A program made the translations under genes and the position numbers. From Somniosus microcephalus (taxonomy: Eukaryota), in contig CM126202.1 in NCBI GenBank assembly GCA_052327205.1, positions 118,668,001 through 118,732,000 of the forward strand: a DNA stretch of 64,000 bases. Direction: 5' to 3'. Below, one piece after another: positions 39,401-51,874 of this stretch; positions within the stretch are counted from its first letter, which is position 1; each line of letters begins with the position of its first letter. The notes under the pieces were generated by a model. It had not been told where the DNA came from and made no database searches. It saw only the letters and a program-made list of their open reading frames with translations.

Positions 39401-40264
39401 CCAGATGGCCGGAGGTGGTTCCCCTATCGTCCACTACTTCGGCGGACATGGCCAGGGTGTTCATTTCCACCTGGGTCGCCCGTTTCGGAGTGCCCGCTGA
39501 TATTTCTTCAGACAGGGGACCACAGTTTTCCTCCGAACTCTGGAATGCAGTGGCCCAAGGACTCGGTGTCAAATTACACCGCACCACAGCCTACCACCCA
39601 CAGGCGAATGGTCTCTGAACGTTTCCACCAGTCGCTGAAAGCCGCCCTGAGGGCCAGCCTCCAGGACGCTGGATGGGCAGACAAGCTACCGTGGGTCCTG
39701 TTGGGCCTTCGCACGGCCCCCAAAGAAGACCTTCACTCTTCATCCGCGGAGCTGGTGTACGGACAACCGTTGCGAGTCCCAGGAGATTTCCTACCAGAAT
39801 CGACGAAGCCTTGGTCCGCGTCTGAACAGTTTACTAGTCACCGGGAGGCGGCCAGCTGTTTTACGCCGGTGCCCACTTCGCACTACGGGCTGCAGAGTTC
39901 GCACGTTCCAACGGGGCTTCACAAGGCAGAATACGTCTTTATCCGCCACGATGCTCACAGGAATCCACTCAAGGCCCCATATACTGGTCCCTTCCGCGTG
40001 TTGGAGGCAGGGGACAAAACCTTCACCATAGATGTCGGTGGTAAGCCGGACCACATTTCAGTCGATCGATTGAAGCCGGCACATCTGGACCTCGACCGCC
40101 CCGTCGAGACAGCACTCCCGCCGAGACGAGGTCGGCCACCCATCGCCGTTCCGGCAGACCAAGCGCAACCGCCCGCCAGTCGCCCAGCAGCCTCCACCTC
40201 AGGAGTACAGGAGTCGTTCCGACAGGCTCATCAGACCCCCTCGCCGTTTGACTTTTTCTGTTAA
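36490..40264 (+). pseudogene. Gypsy gag-pol polyprotein (Gag-CHCC, protease, RT, RNase H, integrase) with one nonsense codon and one frameshift
   Basis: [18 protein letters not shown] zinc knuckle; LCDTGA protease; YLDD; TTDTSDYAIGA RNase H; H-x3-H..C-x2-C and D,D,E integrase; GPF motif; TGA at 38179-38181 with the frame continuing; frameshift near 39616. Confidence 0.95.
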
Positions 40265-40285
40265 AGCGAATTCTGGGGGGACGCA

Positions 40286-40641
40286 TGTGGCGGAGCCACT
40301 GAATGACTCTGGGCAACTGTATATAATTCCCTTTAACGATGTTCTAACACCAGCCTAAGCCTGTACCATTGTGTTAGACATTACTTCGTTTTGTATATAG
40401 TGTTTGTATGCACGGGGCGTGGCCCCTTTAAGAGCGTGGGAAAACGCGATGATGTCATGTCGCAAACCACGTGACTGCCCAGGCAGTCCTCGTGGAAGCT
40501 CCATCTTGTTAAGACCTGTTTCGTGGTTCTCCTGTATCGATCTCATCAAACTGAACTCGTTTAGTTTTACATTAAAGACCTGTTTGATTTGATCTCCTGA
40601 GTCGACCTCAGTTATTAGTTAGGAATTCGTCAATTCCTACA
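40286..40641 (+). repeat. 3' LTR (356 bp)
   Basis: Matches the 5' LTR apart from about 4 substitutions and 3 indels. Confidence 0.97.
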
Positions 40642-41507
40642 CTGGTAAAGCAGTCTTGTAAAGAGATCTGAACATAATGAAAAACTTGGCAGAAAGTTTT
40701 GTCACACAGACTGCAGTTCAGTTTTAAATTGGTTGGAGTTCATAATTTATAATCTGAAGTAACTGGTGATGTTCCACCACACCTGTATTGAACAGCACGA
40801 GATAATCAAATCTCAGTGCATAGGGGAGCCTCAGACTCTTGTAACTGAGTAAAGTGTGTATAATCTGGGCACATTAAAAGTGTGTCCAATTCCTAGGAAC
40901 TGCCACTTAGTTAAGTATTGCTAAGTTCCTATGAAGTAGTATCAAATGTGAATGTTTTTTGGCAGTGGTATTAAGAATCTGTAAACTGCGACATGGCTTG
41001 AGTAAATGTAAGTAAACCAAAATGTGTGTGGTGGAACTATTAAACAGCTGTGCAATGTAACATTTACATCAATTTAAAACTTTTTTTGTTGAATTGCTTT
41101 AGAAAAAAGATTGATTTGAAATGATCCTGTATTCTGAGAAGTGTAAATTCTACTATGCTTCCACATAAGTTGCTGCTACATCCCATTTGAGATCTGGAAG
41201 AGTGTAATATCCCCAGGTACATGATATGGGAATGTTTTACTCTCCAGATAGCTGAACATCAGTATATGTAACCTTTAAATTGTATTATTTAAATTTTCAG
41301 TTTCCTACTTTTCATGATGCTCTATTGAAACTTACAGCTTTCATAAAATAAAAGTGCACTGTGCTCAAATTACTTTCTGTCTTCCATTTTTAAAGGTAAT
41401 TTAAATTTTATTGTGGTTCCCCATTATATACATGATGAAGACAACTAGTTGGCATAATTTTGAATATACTATATCAGACTTCCTCTGTGGATAAATACAA
41501 AATTAAT

Positions 41508-42248
41508 GGCCCAGATATTCTGATCGCAGGCCTCCCGCGGGCGGAGGACTGCAATCTGGAAAAATCTGCGCACTTACCTGAGGGCTCCCGCCATGCACAA
41601 TTCCAATGCTGGGCCTCTCCAAACTGCCAGTGCGCAGGGCCCACGTATCCCAGAGGTGCAGGTAGTTTGCAGCGTCCCTGGGATCACATGGGCCATGGGG
41701 AGCCAATCACAGAAGGAAATCTCCCTTCATACACTTGACAGGAAGACCTGTCAAATATATGAATGGAGATCACCCCCAAAACATAGTAAAACTTTAAATA
41801 ATTTTTTTTTAAAGATCACATTTTTAAAATGACTTGAATTACAATAAATTAACTATTTAAACAAAAAATAAAATTTTTGAAAAAAATAATTAAAGATTTT
41901 TACGGGGCTAAAAATAAACGTACCTTTTTTAAAGTATTTTTAAATGATAAATCAGTGAAAACTTTTTTTTACTTTTTTCAACTCTTAAAACTCAGTAAAA
42001 GCAGGCCTTATGCTAGGCGCAAGAATTGTAAGGGTTTTCTGCGGGCGGAGGGTCTCCTAAAGCGGAACTATTTGCCCGCAGAGGCCCTTCCCTAGGGCAG
42101 GTGGAGGATCTGTCAAGAGGATTCTTGACAGATCGGAAATGCCGGTTTCCAGCACATGCGCAGTGCATGCCTGAAACTAGCATTTCCGATGTCCCTACGG
42201 GTGGGTACACAGCGCGTACCCACCCGTAGGCATCGGAATATCCAGCCC
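41508..42248. mobile_element. PIF/Harbinger-type MITE
   Basis: TIRs GGCCCAGATATTCTGAT / ATCGGAATATCCAGCCC; AAT 3-bp TSD; GC-rich arms around an AT-rich core. Confidence 0.75.
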
Positions 42249-42899
42249 AATACTCCAGTTTAACTTGTATTATGTTGATCTTGAACAGAAGACAACTTAT
42301 TGGCAAATGTACAAAATGATTTACGGGTGTTACGGTATGCACTTGCATCTATCTGAGAGGTCTGAGCAGTGTTTGACATTCAATCACATCTTATTGAATG
42401 CTCAACTTTGATTTGCTGAAAGACCTTTGGGTATTGAGGAGCCCTTGATGTCTTCATGGTGGTGTCTGTCCTATTGTCAAAAGTATAGAACTGAACTATA
42501 ATTATTTGCAAGATGTTATTGAAGACCAATAATGGAATGTATGTCTATTTTCTCTCATAGGACTGTATATGTAATGTCCTCTCAAATTGATGTTAGGCTC
42601 AAAATGGACAGATTGTTCAGCCTTCCGGCCTTTCCTCCATTTGGCAAGATCCGACAAACATGTCTATTATTGCTGAATTATAAGGTCTTTCCAGTGCATT
42701 GTCCAAATGGGAATTGTAACATGTTCAAATCAAATACTAATTGGTTTGGGTTGAGTTAATGGCTTTGGGGGCTCCAAAAACATTACAGAGCATTGATACC
42801 ATCTTACAACTTTGTAACACCCTATCCAATCCACCTTGTGTTTTCTATTGCCACAAGTTTTATATCCGCTGCTATCATTTTTTGTTGTTGTCAAATTTA

Positions 42900-42976
42900 G
42901 TTTTATAATGCTTCTGTGTAGCACCATGGGACGTTTTACTGTGTTAAAGGTGCTATATAAATACAAGTTGTTGTTG
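42900..42976 (+). mobile_element. L2-related SINE/LINE 3' tail
   Basis: GGGACGTTTTACTGTGTTAAAGGTGCTATATAAATACAAGTTGTTGTTG. Confidence 0.6.
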
Positions 42977-45391
42977 CTTTGGTTTTCCTAAAATCAGCTG
43001 TCAAGAGAAGCCAGTTTGATACATCGCCTATTATAAAATCTACACTTTTGATCTGAATTTCTGTCCTGGATTTAAGGTCATACTCATCTGAAAATTACAG
43101 ATGTAGGTGTTTATTAAAACCCTGTACTGGAAGACCATGGGCACCCATGTAGTTAATCACTAAAGTTCTGGATAGTGAAAGCAGATGGACCTAGGCTGCA
43201 GAGCCAAATGCTTGTGTCATATTTGTAGTAAATTCAAATGGAGCAACTGATGGTGGGATTTAGAGTTGTCCTTTTTTACGTGTTGAGGCAATGTCATATA
43301 ACATTGATCAACAAACCATGCTTTTCAGATCATTAATGGAATTTGACAGGAGCTTGTTTGGGAAATAATAACTAGTGTTGATAGTAAACAGTTGGCCAGT
43401 TTGAGAAAAGATGAAGAATGACTTGTTTGTCCTGGTCAGGATTTGTCTTTGATGCAAATTAGTGTTAAATTCCATTGATCCCAAAAGGAAATATCATCTC
43501 GAGCAGGAATTCCTAATAGAATACCTTTGGTATTGAATGAAAGACTGGCTTCTGCAGTTGGTGAAGCTTTTTTTTGTCTTGACCCTGGTGGGGATTTAAC
43601 ATATCATATTAGGCAATACCTTATCCGTATGGATGTCAGGCTCTCCACTGTTCCAGCTCTCAGTATTTCTTTGATTAGGGTGATAGTGCTGGAAAATGTT
43701 AACAGCTGTACTGATACTAAGCACTGGTGCAGACTGTCTCATTGCTGGAGTAATGGAAGCTATGTACTGGTGATTGTTAATGAACTGTGTAAGTGGATCA
43801 TTTTGGCTCCTTTTGTACAATGCTGATTGCTTTACTATTGCAAAGCCTTATGTTTTACAGAAGTGGAAAAAACAGGTTGAGAGTAGAAAAAAACATGCAG
43901 TTTAAGTTCCACAATATAGTGATTAATGAGAACCAGGAAGTAATTGTCATGATGGGAAATAATGACATGTAGTGCACAAAATTACTTTCTAGGCCCCTAC
44001 AGTAATTTAGATTTAAAGTAAAAGAAAGTAATTTATTATAGTGACTGCTGAGTATCTTTACCTTATTTTACTTGTATTACTCATTTGTTCTGGTAATAAC
44101 CTGCAGCATTTCCTACAACAGTTTGTCAAGTGGACCATAAGTAAAATTGTCATTGGTGCAGAATTTTACAAAGATATTTATGGCATAAAATAGTGAAGTT
44201 TTGCTGGGTAAACAGTAAATTTATCATTTGTTGAAAGTGCTGTATTTAGGCAGAAAAATATTCAAATTGCATAAAATGTTAGTGTTTTTTCTACTTGGAA
44301 AGCGGGACAAGTCAATTTTGGTGCAGGGTTTTCACAAGTGCTATAGAATATAAATTGAAAATAATTATCATTACACATATTGTATGTAGCCCATTTATTC
44401 TTGTGGAAGGTTGAGGGGAGGCCGAGTTCAGTGCCAAAATCATGGTTCTTTGATCTTGGACAATAATGGTAACATTGTTCTCAGAGAATTTGATCTAATG
44501 CAGAAAAACATTTTAAATGACTTTTTTTTTAAATAAATTAATTTGACCATTGCATACTTTGGCGATGTTTATTCAGGCTACAGGTACACACCAACCATGT
44601 GCCGGCTGTGGGAATATTGTCATAATTTCAGCTACTTTAACTAAAATGCACTTAGCAAGTGAAGGAGTAGCAGTAATTTTCATACCATTTATACATTACT
44701 AATCCTAAAATTTAAAATTATAAACTATTTCATATTCACTTCTATATAATTTACCTTATTTTGTGTTGCAATAAAGCTTGTTTAATGTCCCGTATTCTTC
44801 TGGTACTCTGTAAGCCACAACTAACCTGAATTTAAAAAATGAAAATATAATTAGATCTTTTCATACCTGGTCTAGGTATGAATTACCCTGTCATTAACAC
44901 CATGAATAAATTATTTGTGGCCACAGAGTTAATCTTTTAATCCCTTCACACCTGTTTTGCAAAATATAGACAATCAACATTCTCATTTCTCTTTTTTTTA
45001 GTCTTCTGTTATTTCTCATGCTTTTTCTTGTGTGTGCTGTTTTCAAAGATCTCTCAGTCCACCTAATATCACACATTTGGTGAGAAAATCAAATGATAAT
45101 AAGAGAGCCTCATTGTGTTTAGTGCTGAAATTTTATTTCTGTCCTGCAGAATGCATTTTATACACCTCTTTGTAATAAGGATCTCTAGTATAAGGCTATC
45201 TGACCTTAACTCACAATTTTACCATATTCCATTTAATACTATATTCTGAAAAATTCACAATTTTTGAGAAGCATTTAACTCCAAAGGAGTGCCTTCCATT
45301 AAGGATGGAACGTACAATACAATTGATCTTACATTCTGTTGTTGTCATTTTTAAATGGTCGGTGGCAAGAAAAGTGCTTAAAAGAAAGTGC

Positions 45392-46080
45392 TGTGGCGGT
45401 TCCACCGGGTGTCCCTTACTATGTATATATACATAATTCCCTTTAACTTACCTTTGTATTACATAACTTACCTGTTTGGGCCGTTGCCCCTTTAACTTAC
45501 CTGTTTGGGCCATTGCCCCTTTAAGAACGCGACATAACGTACTGACGTCACGTCGTGCGTCGCATAACTCACCAGATGCGAGCCGACCCAGCGCAGCCTT
45601 CCACTTCCTCGACGGTCGCCGGCACAACTCGGCCTCCCGCTCCTGCGGTGGCCACCGGCCCGGTTCGGCCTCCCGCGCCCGCGATGGCCGCCGGCCCGGT
45701 TCGGCCGCCCGCTCTCGCGTCTTCGGCCGCAACGGCCAGCCACAGTTACGCGCCGATGCAACGACGCAGGTCACGTGCCCGCCCAAGCGTGGGTAAACGC
45801 GCTAACGTCACGACGCGGTCACGTGACCACACGAGCGCGGGAAAACACGGCCGAGCGTGATGGCATCATCACGCTCTCCACAGGACTGCGGAGTCAGTCC
45901 TCGTGGCGTCCCCGCTGGGGAAAGACCTACTTCACAGTGCTCCTGCATCCAGCCGCCTTACCTGCTGTATTTCGTCTGTTCTTGTAAATAAACAACTTCT
46001 AGATTGTTCTCCTGAAGTCGAACTCGATTATTTAGTAGTCATTCGTCCGATACCTACCTAGGTGAACACGAACTGCTATG
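45392..46080 (+). mobile_element. Solo LTR related to the Gypsy LTR at 36089
   Basis: Starts TGTGGCGG; shares in order GCCCCTTTAAGA, GCGCGGGAAAAC, AGTCCTCGTGG, AAGACCT, TCTCCTGA-GTCGA; GTGC on both flanks (45388-45391, 46081-46084); the 3' end reads TATG rather than TACA. Confidence 0.7.
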
Positions 46081-47819
46081 GTGCAAGCTTTTCAATCTTG
46101 ATTCAGAGACCTGAGCAAATTCAAGGCACTTCCTAATAGCTGTGTTAAACTGAATGTGGGCTGTGCTGACATATCTAACACTGTGGAGGAACTTTACTGT
46201 TACACTAGCACATCCCCCATGGCGTTGCTCACAGTCAGTTGGAGGTTTTATATGAATAGGTATGTTGTTTCAAGTAATATTATCAGGAACACTGATTAAA
46301 CAGGATTGGGAACAGCCTGGGGTCTGACATTAATGTGGTGGGGTCTCAGAATCTAGGACTACTTTGGCGGGGGTTCAGGGTCTGGAAGTACTGGGAGAGG
46401 AGATCCCGTGGTTTTGTGAACACTATGGGGGGTGGGGGTGGTTTTAGGAGCACTGCAACAGGTCTTGGGATCTGGGATCATTGTGATAGAGGTCCTGGGG
46501 ATTGATAACGTTTGGGAGGGAAAATAATCCATTCTCAATAATAATCTTTGCTGACGGTTTGAAAAGAAAATGAACAAACCACAACTGCTATTAAGCACAG
46601 TTCTCAACTAACTGAGCTCTTTTAATAGAAAAGTTGTTAATACTTTAAATTAAATCTGCCTGAAGTAAATCTTTGAGAATTCATTCTTTGGTTAGTTTGA
46701 AAGTCTTTTGGAAAATCAAGAATCTCACAAATTCTCATGGGAATTCACCTTTCTGCTTCTAATGCATGCTGGGAAATTCTGCAAACAGCACATGCTCAGA
46801 ATGCACAGATGTAGTTGGAAGCTCTGTGCAACTTTTTCCTAAGATAAAAGTATCAAGTCCAAGTCCAGGCTTTTGAGATAGGCTGAGAGTAATGCTTTAA
46901 AGAAGGCTTTAAGACACAAAACAATGAATTATGATTTTAATCATGTTGTTGTGAAATACATCATTTTTATTAAACCTTATTTTGGACATTATAAATTTCA
47001 GTTACTGTACTAAGAAAAAATGACACGCATAATATTTTTGATAAACATTTTGATTGGTTTGACAGGCAAGTGTTTAAATTTCAAATTACCATTATAAATA
47101 TTTGTATAGGCAGTTTCAATTTTAAATGTTGACATAAAAATTCTGACAATAATTAATGTTTGTGGATACAAAATGCATGCATGCACAAGATTTTTAATAA
47201 GATAAACTGATATTCTGGAGTATATGCAAAATGTAATGTATCAAAATCCTGATGCAGTTCAGACCTAAGTTCCACATTGTTGGTCAGGAATTTGCTATCT
47301 GCATTTTGAAGCGGCAGGTAGGAAATTTCTTGTCAGCGATGTGAAACTTTGAAATGCATCTTTACTGCCTGCCTGCTCTCCCCGCCCCCCCCCCCCTCAA
47401 CCACCCCTATGCATGCACATGAGTATGTGTATATAATATATATATATAATATTAACACATGCAACAAAGATTTTGGTCATTTAAAAAACACAGTAGAAAA
47501 ATGCAATATTTAGAACTCTGTCTATGTAATCAATTGTAACATAGTAGAAGCGCACCAGAGTACTTAACATTAGTATCCAAGCAGTAAACCTTAAATAAAT
47601 TGAGGATAGGGGCATTTTGTAGGCTTGTTCCTGTAAGGTAATAAACAGTCTGGCCTATTGGTGCTAAACTGCCTACTTCAAACCATATCAGTGCACTAAG
47701 ATCCCCAACTAGGACAGTATCTTTGAGAGACATAAAGAAGTATTATTGGGAGTGTATTATAGATGATTTCTTTGTTAATGAAAGTGCTATAATCAATTCA
47801 TGATCTACCAAGAGACATA

Positions 47820-48059
47820 GGAGTAGATTTTCAACCTGGGAATTAAGCATTATCTGGATGTAGTGCGGAGTGGAAAATTGGGTGGGGAGGATTGCATGCT
47901 TATTACAGAGCCTGCCCCGTTATCTTCCCATTAATTTAAATGGAAGGAAAATTGGGCAGGCTGTGTTACCGGCGTGCAATCTTCCTCACCCGTGTTTACT
48001 CTCTGTGGTCCTCTCAGGCAGTGCTTAATGCCCAGGCAATAACGACGAAAATCTATCTG
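47820..48059. mobile_element. Palindromic (hairpin) MITE
   Basis: GTAGATTTTC / GAAAATCTAT ends; CCTGGGAATTAAGCA / TGCTTAATGCCCAGG; GAGGATTGCA..AGCCTGCCC / GGGCAGGCT..TGCAATCTTC. Confidence 0.7.
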
Positions 48060-48722
48060 GCAATATCTTGGAGAGTGTTATGGTGAAATGTTTGTGGGTG
48101 CACATAAAAAGAATAATGATGAGTAGAAGGAAGCCACAAGACAGTAATCTAGTCATGGGATTTAGTTAAAATGTGCAAAATGAGGTCAAAGAAGTTTGTA
48201 CAGAAGTTTTGAATATGATTGTCTGTTTTTAATTGTTCACCCTTTTGATTTTTATGACATGCATCATTTCAGGGACAGGTAATGATAAATGATGGTAGAA
48301 ATGTGCTACATGTATGATAATTAATGGTTGGAGTGGGGAAATTCTATTTGTTGCTATATTCTGAGTTTTTTATCGCCATGCATGTGCACCAGCCTGAACC
48401 TAATAAAGAATCCCTGCTTCTACAATCAATCATTTGTTTCTTTAATTTACTATATATATGTGCAGATGTTCTTCCTACTTGGCTTTATTCTTAAGGAAGA
48501 GTTAGTGCCACATGAAGTTAAGTCATAACATGGATAACATCAGAAATGCAGCATTGTGATCAACATATGAAGGAGTGTAGGAAGCTCTAATAACAATATG
48601 TAAATTATACAGCTAAATTCTATATATACCCGGGGAATCATTAATAAAGCATGAATTTGTAGAAAAGTTTTGTATCATACCAATATCATTAAATAACTGA
48701 AAAATGCCTTTTGTTCCCTTAG

Positions 48723-48912
48723 TTGGTGGTAGAGTGAGTCGAGAATTATCATACACACGACAGAAGATAGGGGAGGAAGCCATGTTCAATCCACAGATCA
48801 TGATTCAAACACCTCCTGAGGAAGGTGCTAATGTTCTAACAGTTGAAGCACTGCAGCAGCACCTTGACTCTGCACTTAAAGCCAGCAGAGTGCAAGTTTA
48901 TTTGTACAACAA
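48723..48912 (+). CDS. PTCH1: PTCH1 exon 3
   Basis: TTAG|TT; [33 protein letters not shown]; AA|GTAAGT; 190 nt. Confidence 0.97.
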
Positions 48913-49175
48913 GTAAGTGACATTGAATCACTCACATCTCTTTATATTTTCTAACTTTTGTGAAGAACTTTTTTCAAAACCAAAGGAAATATTTATAGGA
49001 ATTTGAACCTTTAACATAGGCAACTGTACCATAGTGCTACTTTTCAGGCCTGTTAAGTCTAGTCCAGTCGTCTTGTTGGATTGCCATCTGATCTTCCTGC
49101 TTTTTCATTTTTAACTTGTCTGTATGTTTTTACTAAGCCCATTTTTTTTGTTTTTTTTTGTCTCTTTTCATTTAG

Positions 49176-49245
49176 ACAGTGGACCTTAGACAACTTATGT
49201 TATAAATCAGGAGCACTTGTAACAGAAACTGGTTGGATGGACCAG
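49176..49245 (+). CDS. PTCH1: PTCH1 exon 4
   Basis: TTAG|A; [23 protein letters not shown]; CAG|GTGAG; 70 nt. Confidence 0.96.
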
Positions 49246-49396
49246 GTGAGTGTCGATCCCCCTTAAAATTTATAGAACATTTTTTATCAAACGTATGTTC
49301 TATTAGGCAAAGTAATGTTATATCTGTTTCATTTTTGATGCTTGCTATACTTACTACGCTAAGTGTGATGCCCTGCTTCTTCTATGTTTTTACCAG

Positions 49397-49488
49397 CTTA
49401 TCGAAAAATTGTATCCCTGTGTAATAATCACACCCTTGGACTGTTTCTGGGAAGGTGCTAAGTTACAGCTAGGAACAGTCTACCTGCC
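49397..49488 (+). CDS. PTCH1: PTCH1 exon 5
   Basis: CCAG|; [30 protein letters not shown]; CC|GTAAG; 92 nt. Confidence 0.96.
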
Positions 49489-49793
49489 GTAAGTAAATCT
49501 TAGTTGCCTTTAGTTTTAGTTCCTTCAGTTAAAATGCCACCTTTGGATTCATAGAAAATACTCCTTGTGATTATTTTATTTTTTAATTATAAATATGTGA
49601 ATCATTTAAAAAGCAAAGCTAACTGCAAGGTAAAGCACTGTCGATATATAGATTCAGAATTTTAATGAGGTCCTTCACTGTTGTAAGGGCCAGGAACTTT
49701 AAAACTATGAGGTTTAACAATGTTAGCCTGTAGACTACTGTTAATATTTGTTCAGCTATGCCCTCTTGAACTAACCTATTTCAAAAACAGGCA

Positions 49794-50367
49794 GGGATAG
49801 AAATTGGACCTTAATGCGCCTGCTTTACGGGCATAAAATGGGTGCAACAAAGCCCAATTTCGGGGACCAATATCCTGTGCCCCAAAGACACCTGAAAAGC
49901 ATCCGACCCAAAATTGGGTTGGGCCGTTTTTAAGCGTCCCTGGCAGCCACCTAAAGCAGGCGTTACATCCCTTAAATATGTAGGCTCAATGCCTATTTTA
50001 GGCACCCGTGCAGAAATTGGATATGGTAGGGCGGAGCAGGTGCCGATTCTTCAGTGGCCATTGCTGTTGAGCCAGAAGGAACAGGAGTGCTCCACAAACT
50101 CCACAGTGCACCGATTGCCACTCCACCACCCCCCAACCCCCTTCCTGGTACTTACCTTCGGGCCACTGCCAGCGAGACAAGCGGCCCGCTGTTCATTTCT
50201 TCAAATGGTTGAACTGCCTGTGGAGTTGCAACAGGAGCCAGCAGCTCGCCCAATTAATAGTAATGAGGCCTGAGGCCCAATTTCGTGCCAGACTCAGGCT
50301 TCCTGGTTCGGGTTGCGTGTTTTGGTCACATTCGCAACCAAAACCAGGCACCGACAAATTTTTACCC
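49794..50367. mobile_element. Degenerate non-autonomous DNA transposon (Harbinger-like ends)
   Basis: GGGATAGAAATTGG / CAAATTTTTACCC inverted ends around a GC-rich block; no clear TSD. Confidence 0.5.
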
Positions 50368-51874
50368 TACAATCTTTTTACCCAGTTCCCACAGCTAATA
50401 ATTTGGTGGCATCAATCTCTTCTACTGCCCATTCCCAGCAATCGATGGAGAATTTTTCCTGCTGACATCAATTAACAAGGAGTAGTGAAAACATATTTTC
50501 TCACATGTGACTGCTTATCAGTCAATTATGTTTAGTATTTTAGCCATGGAATATTATATAGATTTATAGGATCATGATCCCAACAAGAATCGTGGACTAC
50601 TTTTTCTCTCTGAGAGTCTGGAGGTTTGTTGGCAGGGTGGGCGGGCACAGGGAACTGATAATATAAAAATGGAATTGTAAATAAGGGTTTTGTGTTTTCT
50701 GGTTGGGAGAGTTGAAATAATGACTCAAGCCTGGTTAAGCAGATACAATGTGGTTTGAACCACAAAAAAACCCAGCCAAAAGCCTCTCCAGTCTGTCAGC
50801 ATCAGGAAGAAATTCAAAAGGGGGGGATGTTGGTCCATTGCCAGGTTGTCAAAGAGCATAAAGAAGTAAGGTATCATTAGCAGTAATAAAGGTCAGGTAC
50901 TATGATTGATTCAAGTATAAAAACAGTTATTATTATTATTATACAGGAGGACTGTAATCTGACATTATGTCACAATCTTTTGATGCTGCCAGATGCTAGT
51001 TTCTTATCCTGTTAATGTGTAAAAATGACATCATATTTTCACAGTGGAAAAGTCTCAGTGGGTGCAGGCTGTCAGCACTTTCATATTAAATACTAATTTA
51101 TCTCACAGTATCAATCAAAGTAACATAGAGGCAGAATTTGGAAGAGCTTATCTGGTAAAATATATATATTTCTTTAGATTAAACAGAAACAAATAACTGT
51201 CTTGGGAAAGAGAGAAATATTCCATTTTTTGGAGGGGGAAGGCAACCAATTTTTTACTGTTTTCACAGTTCCAATTTAAAGAAACTTAGATATGATCGTG
51301 TTTTTACTCCACTTTGATGTCTGCGCATATAAATGTTCATGTTTTTAGCCCCACTCGCAAAATGCGTTATTTTTATGAGAATATTTTTTGAGCAAGTTAT
51401 TCCTTTTATTTTTGTATTTTATTCTCTTCGTCTACTCAGCCTCCAATGGTGTTGGCAGCCGCCAGGAGGTGCTAGAGATCACCTAGGTGTGTCCTTCCCT
51501 CTGAATTTGTATCCTTTCTGCTGGGAAACACTTCAGCCTCCCACTTGATGCAGATTATAAATGGAACTTTATTGGACTCCGCAGCCCTGAATATTAGCAT
51601 GTGAACCCTCAATATCTCTGAGCCTTCCCAAAAATTCATTTTAACCCATTGTGCACTGAAGAATTTTAGCACAAAATTAAAATTAAAATTTTATTTTTCA
51701 AGGGTATAGTGAATTAAGAAATTTTATGCAGTGAATTCTTTGAGTATGATTCTAAATCTTTTGAAAGTGTTGTATTTATGATAGCAGTTCACAAAACTTC
51801 TATATGTTAAACTTCAATGAAATTGGTAGAAGACACTAGGCTAAATTTCTTGCTGATATATAACAGAAGATAGT

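Larger units (their letters stand above)
36089..40641 (+). mobile_element. Full-length Ty3/Gypsy LTR retrotransposon, CsRn1/Kabuki-like clade
   Basis: LTRs 36089-36442 and 40286-40641 (TG..CA); 4-bp TSD CTGG; PBS TGGTGACCCCG (36444-36454, complementary to the tRNA-Trp 3' end); G-rich PPT before 40286. Confidence 0.97.

Noticed and set aside
36517-40316. Many antisense and alternative-frame ORFs
   Set aside because: Shadow ORFs of the GC-rich gag-pol
45448-45987. Overlapping Arg/Pro/Ala-rich ORFs and apparent CpG-island promoter
   Set aside because: Explained by GC-rich tandem units within a solo LTR
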